A stretch of 64,000 nt of DNA from Stegostoma tigrinum (taxonomy: Eukaryota): positions 21,288,629-21,352,628 of the forward strand of contig NC_081391.1 of the NCBI RefSeq assembly GCF_030684315.1, written 5' to 3'. Each line of letters begins with the position of its first letter. Position 1 is the first letter of the stretch. The notes beneath the pieces were generated by a model. The model was given only the letters and a program-made list of their open reading frames with translations, had not been told where the DNA came from and did no database searches. A program made the position numbers and the translations under genes. This document shows, piece after piece, positions 60,885 to 64,000 of this stretch.

Positions 60885-63830
60885 ATGGCTTCCCCAGTGT
60901 GTCAGAACTACCACAAGGACTGTGAGGATGCTGTTCACAAACAGATCGACCTGGAGCTCTGTTCCTCCTATGTTTACCTCTCCACGGTGAGCCTTGTGAC
61001 ATTGAAGATCTGACCTCAAATTGAAGCCTGTGATATATTTGCATTGACCCTCAGGTTTATTTTCTTGCCTCGTTTAATGATTTAGCTGTAGCATGTGTTC
61101 TGGTCTGTGGCCCTTCCCTGAGTGAATCCAGTAAAATTGTTAACACCGACTCTGTTGGAAACTTGAAGTTTATGTTGTGTTCTAACTGAGTCATGGGCGA
61201 CATTTACCACTTATCTCTGGACAATGTACACCCTAGTGATTTTTCTTCATGCTGTGAAGGGATGAGCTGGCGTTGCTGATGAGCCTATACTTTTCTTAAA
61301 GTTGGTTGCAACTTTTTTGTTAGAAAAGCTTTCCCTCGTGTGAAAATTTCAAAGCAACATGTACTCTCACTCACTTTATGCAAAATGTACTCGCACTCTT
61401 AAAATGTTGCCCCATTCACCAGGCTGCCCTCTGCTCTGGCCCTAAATGAGTTTTTTTCTTTTCTAAAAGAACAGCAACTGCTGGAAATTAGAAACAGCAA
61501 CAAAAAGAGCTGGAATAGCTTTACAGATCTGGCAGGACTTAGAGAAATCAGTTCATGTTTTGGGTCCAGTGACTCTTCCTCAGAAGTAGGTTTCTCAGCT
61601 ATTCAGTAGGAGGAAGGACAAGTGTGGTATGTTTTCACACTCCAAATGTGAATTACTGAAAAAGAAACCAGTTAGAATTCAGTGCTGGGGAGAAGGTAGG
61701 ACAGAGTGGGGTTATTCAGGTGGGTGATGTTTGTAATGCTGGACCTCACTGCAAATCCTGGCCGTTGGTGGGTGTGTGTGTGTGTGTGTCCCTGATTGGC
61801 TGGTTGTGTGCCCTCTGTTTAGGATGTAATCCATGGAAAAAGCCTTCCTGCTTTACAGATCTGGCAGGATCACATTCCAGTAATTGCATGTACAGTTCTG
61901 GTCGCCACATTACCAAAAGGATGTGAATGCTTTGGAAGGGGGTGCAGAGGAGGTTCACCAGGATATTGCCTGGTATGGAGGGTGCTAGCTATGAAGAAAG
62001 GATGAGTAGATTAGGATTATTTTCATGAGAAGGAGGGCGATTGAGGGGATGGTGGGTGGCCTGATTTGAGGTCGACAAAATCGTGAGGGGCATAGACAAG
62101 GTGGACAGCAAGAAGCTTTTTCGCCAGAGTGAGACTCACTTTCTAGGGTTCACGAGTTCAATGTAAGAGGAGGAAAGTTTAGCGGGGAATCAGGTTAGAT
62201 TCCCACAGTGTGGAAAGAGGCCTTTTAGCCCAAAAGTACCACACCGCCCCTTTGAAGCATCCCAAACAGACCCATCCCCTATAACCCCCACACCTCTGAA
62301 CCCTACGGGCAATTTATCATGTGGATATGTGTGGAGAAGTTCTTTACCCAGAGATTGGTGGGTGCCTGGCACATGCTGCCCGTGGAGGTGGTAGACGCAG
62401 TCACGCTCGTGTCTTTTAAGATGTGTGGGGACAGGTACATGGATGAGCAGGGAGCAAAGAGATACAAACCCTTAGAAAAGAGATGACAGATTTAGACCGG
62501 ATCTCAATCGGTGCAGGCTTGGATGGTCAAAGAGCCCGTTCCTGTGCTGTAATTTTCTTTGTTCTTAAATGTGGAATCAAGATGGTGACCAGGTTAGTTT
62601 CTGATTGAGGAGTGCCATTGATGAATTTCAGCTATGTTTCCTTTTCCTGCCTTTCTCCTCCCCACAGTTCTCTTACTTTGACCGGGATTATGTTACCCTG
62701 CGTCACTTTGTTGAGTTCTTCAAGGCGCAGTCCCATGAGGAGCGAGAACATGCTGAGAAACTGATCACGTTCCAGAATAAACGTGGAGGCCAAGTCCACC
62801 TGCAGGACATCAAGATTGGATTCTAACCTTTTTTAATCTGCTCACGACAATTGACTGGTATCTCAATATGTTCAGCTTCAAGACTGAACAAATACTATGA
62901 ACGGGAGGCTGTTCACCACAATGAGGCTCCTTTAAAAGGAAATACTTTGCACTTGTGATTGAATAACAGTCAGCAATTGTGATCATCCAGAATACTGGAT
63001 GGTGAGCAAATGTCAGCGTCTAACGCTTCTTTGGACAAGATGAGCTATCAAAAGGTAAGACAGAAAATTGTCAGGTGTGGGAAGCATTTGATGCAGCCCT
63101 TCCACATCTAGAAGATGTTTCTGATGCCTGGGGATCATTCTGATCACTGAATAGTAGGATATGTTTGGAAAATTTCCTCTTCAAGAAAAGAATAGTACAA
63201 CATCTGGCAGGTGTTTAACCAAAGTAAAGTTGGTCTGAGGTACCTCCCCTACAATGATGAGGGATAACTAACTGATCAGATGTAGACGAATGATAGAACT
63301 GCCTGCTGAGCTGTGCTTTCTGTTCCTGCTTCCATCCCTCCAGAAGCCAGAGCAGGATGAGTGGAGCAATGGTCTGGAGGCAATGCAGAGAGCTCTGCAG
63401 ATGGAGAAGGATGTGAACCAGAGTCTGCTGGATCTGCACAAACTCGCATCTGGCCACACTGACCCTCATGTGAGTTTGTAAACTTTCTTCTTGGAAGAAA
63501 GTGGTGTGTTTGTGCACTCTCTGGGTAAACATCCAATTACCTTCTCCCAGCCTCCTGCAGGCTGTTAAAACAAACATACAAATGCATCACCTCAGTGGAC
63601 CTCCACATGGTGGTGATGGTCACATCTGTCATGGGGGTCACTTTCAGACACTTTTGATCCTCTGGATTAATTTTCTCTTCCAGCTGTGTGACTTCCTGGA
63701 GAGGCAATACTTGGATGAGCAAGTGAAGATGATCAAGAAGCTGGGAGATCACATCACCAACCTGAAGAGACTGGGAGCCCCTGACAATGGCATGGGAGAG
63801 TACCTGTTTGACAGGCTCACACTCAGCTGA
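60885..63830 (+). pseudogene. Ferritin unit J, probable pseudogene. Exons 60885-60986, 62668-62814, 63344-63469, 63684-63830
   Basis: Exon 2 donor GT>AT at 62815; many missense changes in exons 1-2; hairpin insertion with upstream ATGs in the 5'UTR. Confidence 0.87.
61772..61789. repeat. (GT)n microsatellite
   Basis: About nine GT units in J intron 1. Confidence 0.75.
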
Positions 63831-64000
63831 ATGGGGTCAATAATGTGAATGTTGTACATGGTGACATAATGCTAGTAACTTGGTTGTGCTCTGAGCAAAT
63901 TAAAATAGTGTTCACCATGCAACTGAGTACTTTGCATAATTTCACAGCTGTTTCTGGCTCTTGGTATTGCTGTTTGACACCTGATCATGAAGTGTTTTTC

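Overview
Eukaryotic genomic DNA, inferred to be a shark or other cartilaginous fish from the CR1 and Penelope-type repeats. The whole window is a head-to-tail, all-plus-strand tandem array of ten four-exon ferritin units (A-J here). The 173-aa product resembles frog middle/heavy-B subunits. Five units have complete intact ORFs (C, E, F, G, I), A is cut by the window start, B and H lack promoter and exon 1, and D and J are pseudogenes. The array alternates two gene and spacer classes, and a ~44.5-kb higher-order duplication is superimposed on it. It contains one young full-length CR1 LINE, four 5'-truncated young CR1 copies from two insertion events, Penelope-type insertions and older LINE debris. 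Highlights: (1) no ferritin 5'UTR has an iron-responsive element; (2) the CR1 ORF1/ORF2 junction has in-frame tandem -1 slippery sites (G_GGU_UUA / U_UUA_AAC) and ORF2 has no usable AUG, which suggests programmed frameshifting; (3) gene C is an I/J chimera; (4) orphan exon 2-4 cassettes keep open frames; (5) an 88-bp hairpin sits in one 5'UTR. All comparisons were made by eye; no searches were run.
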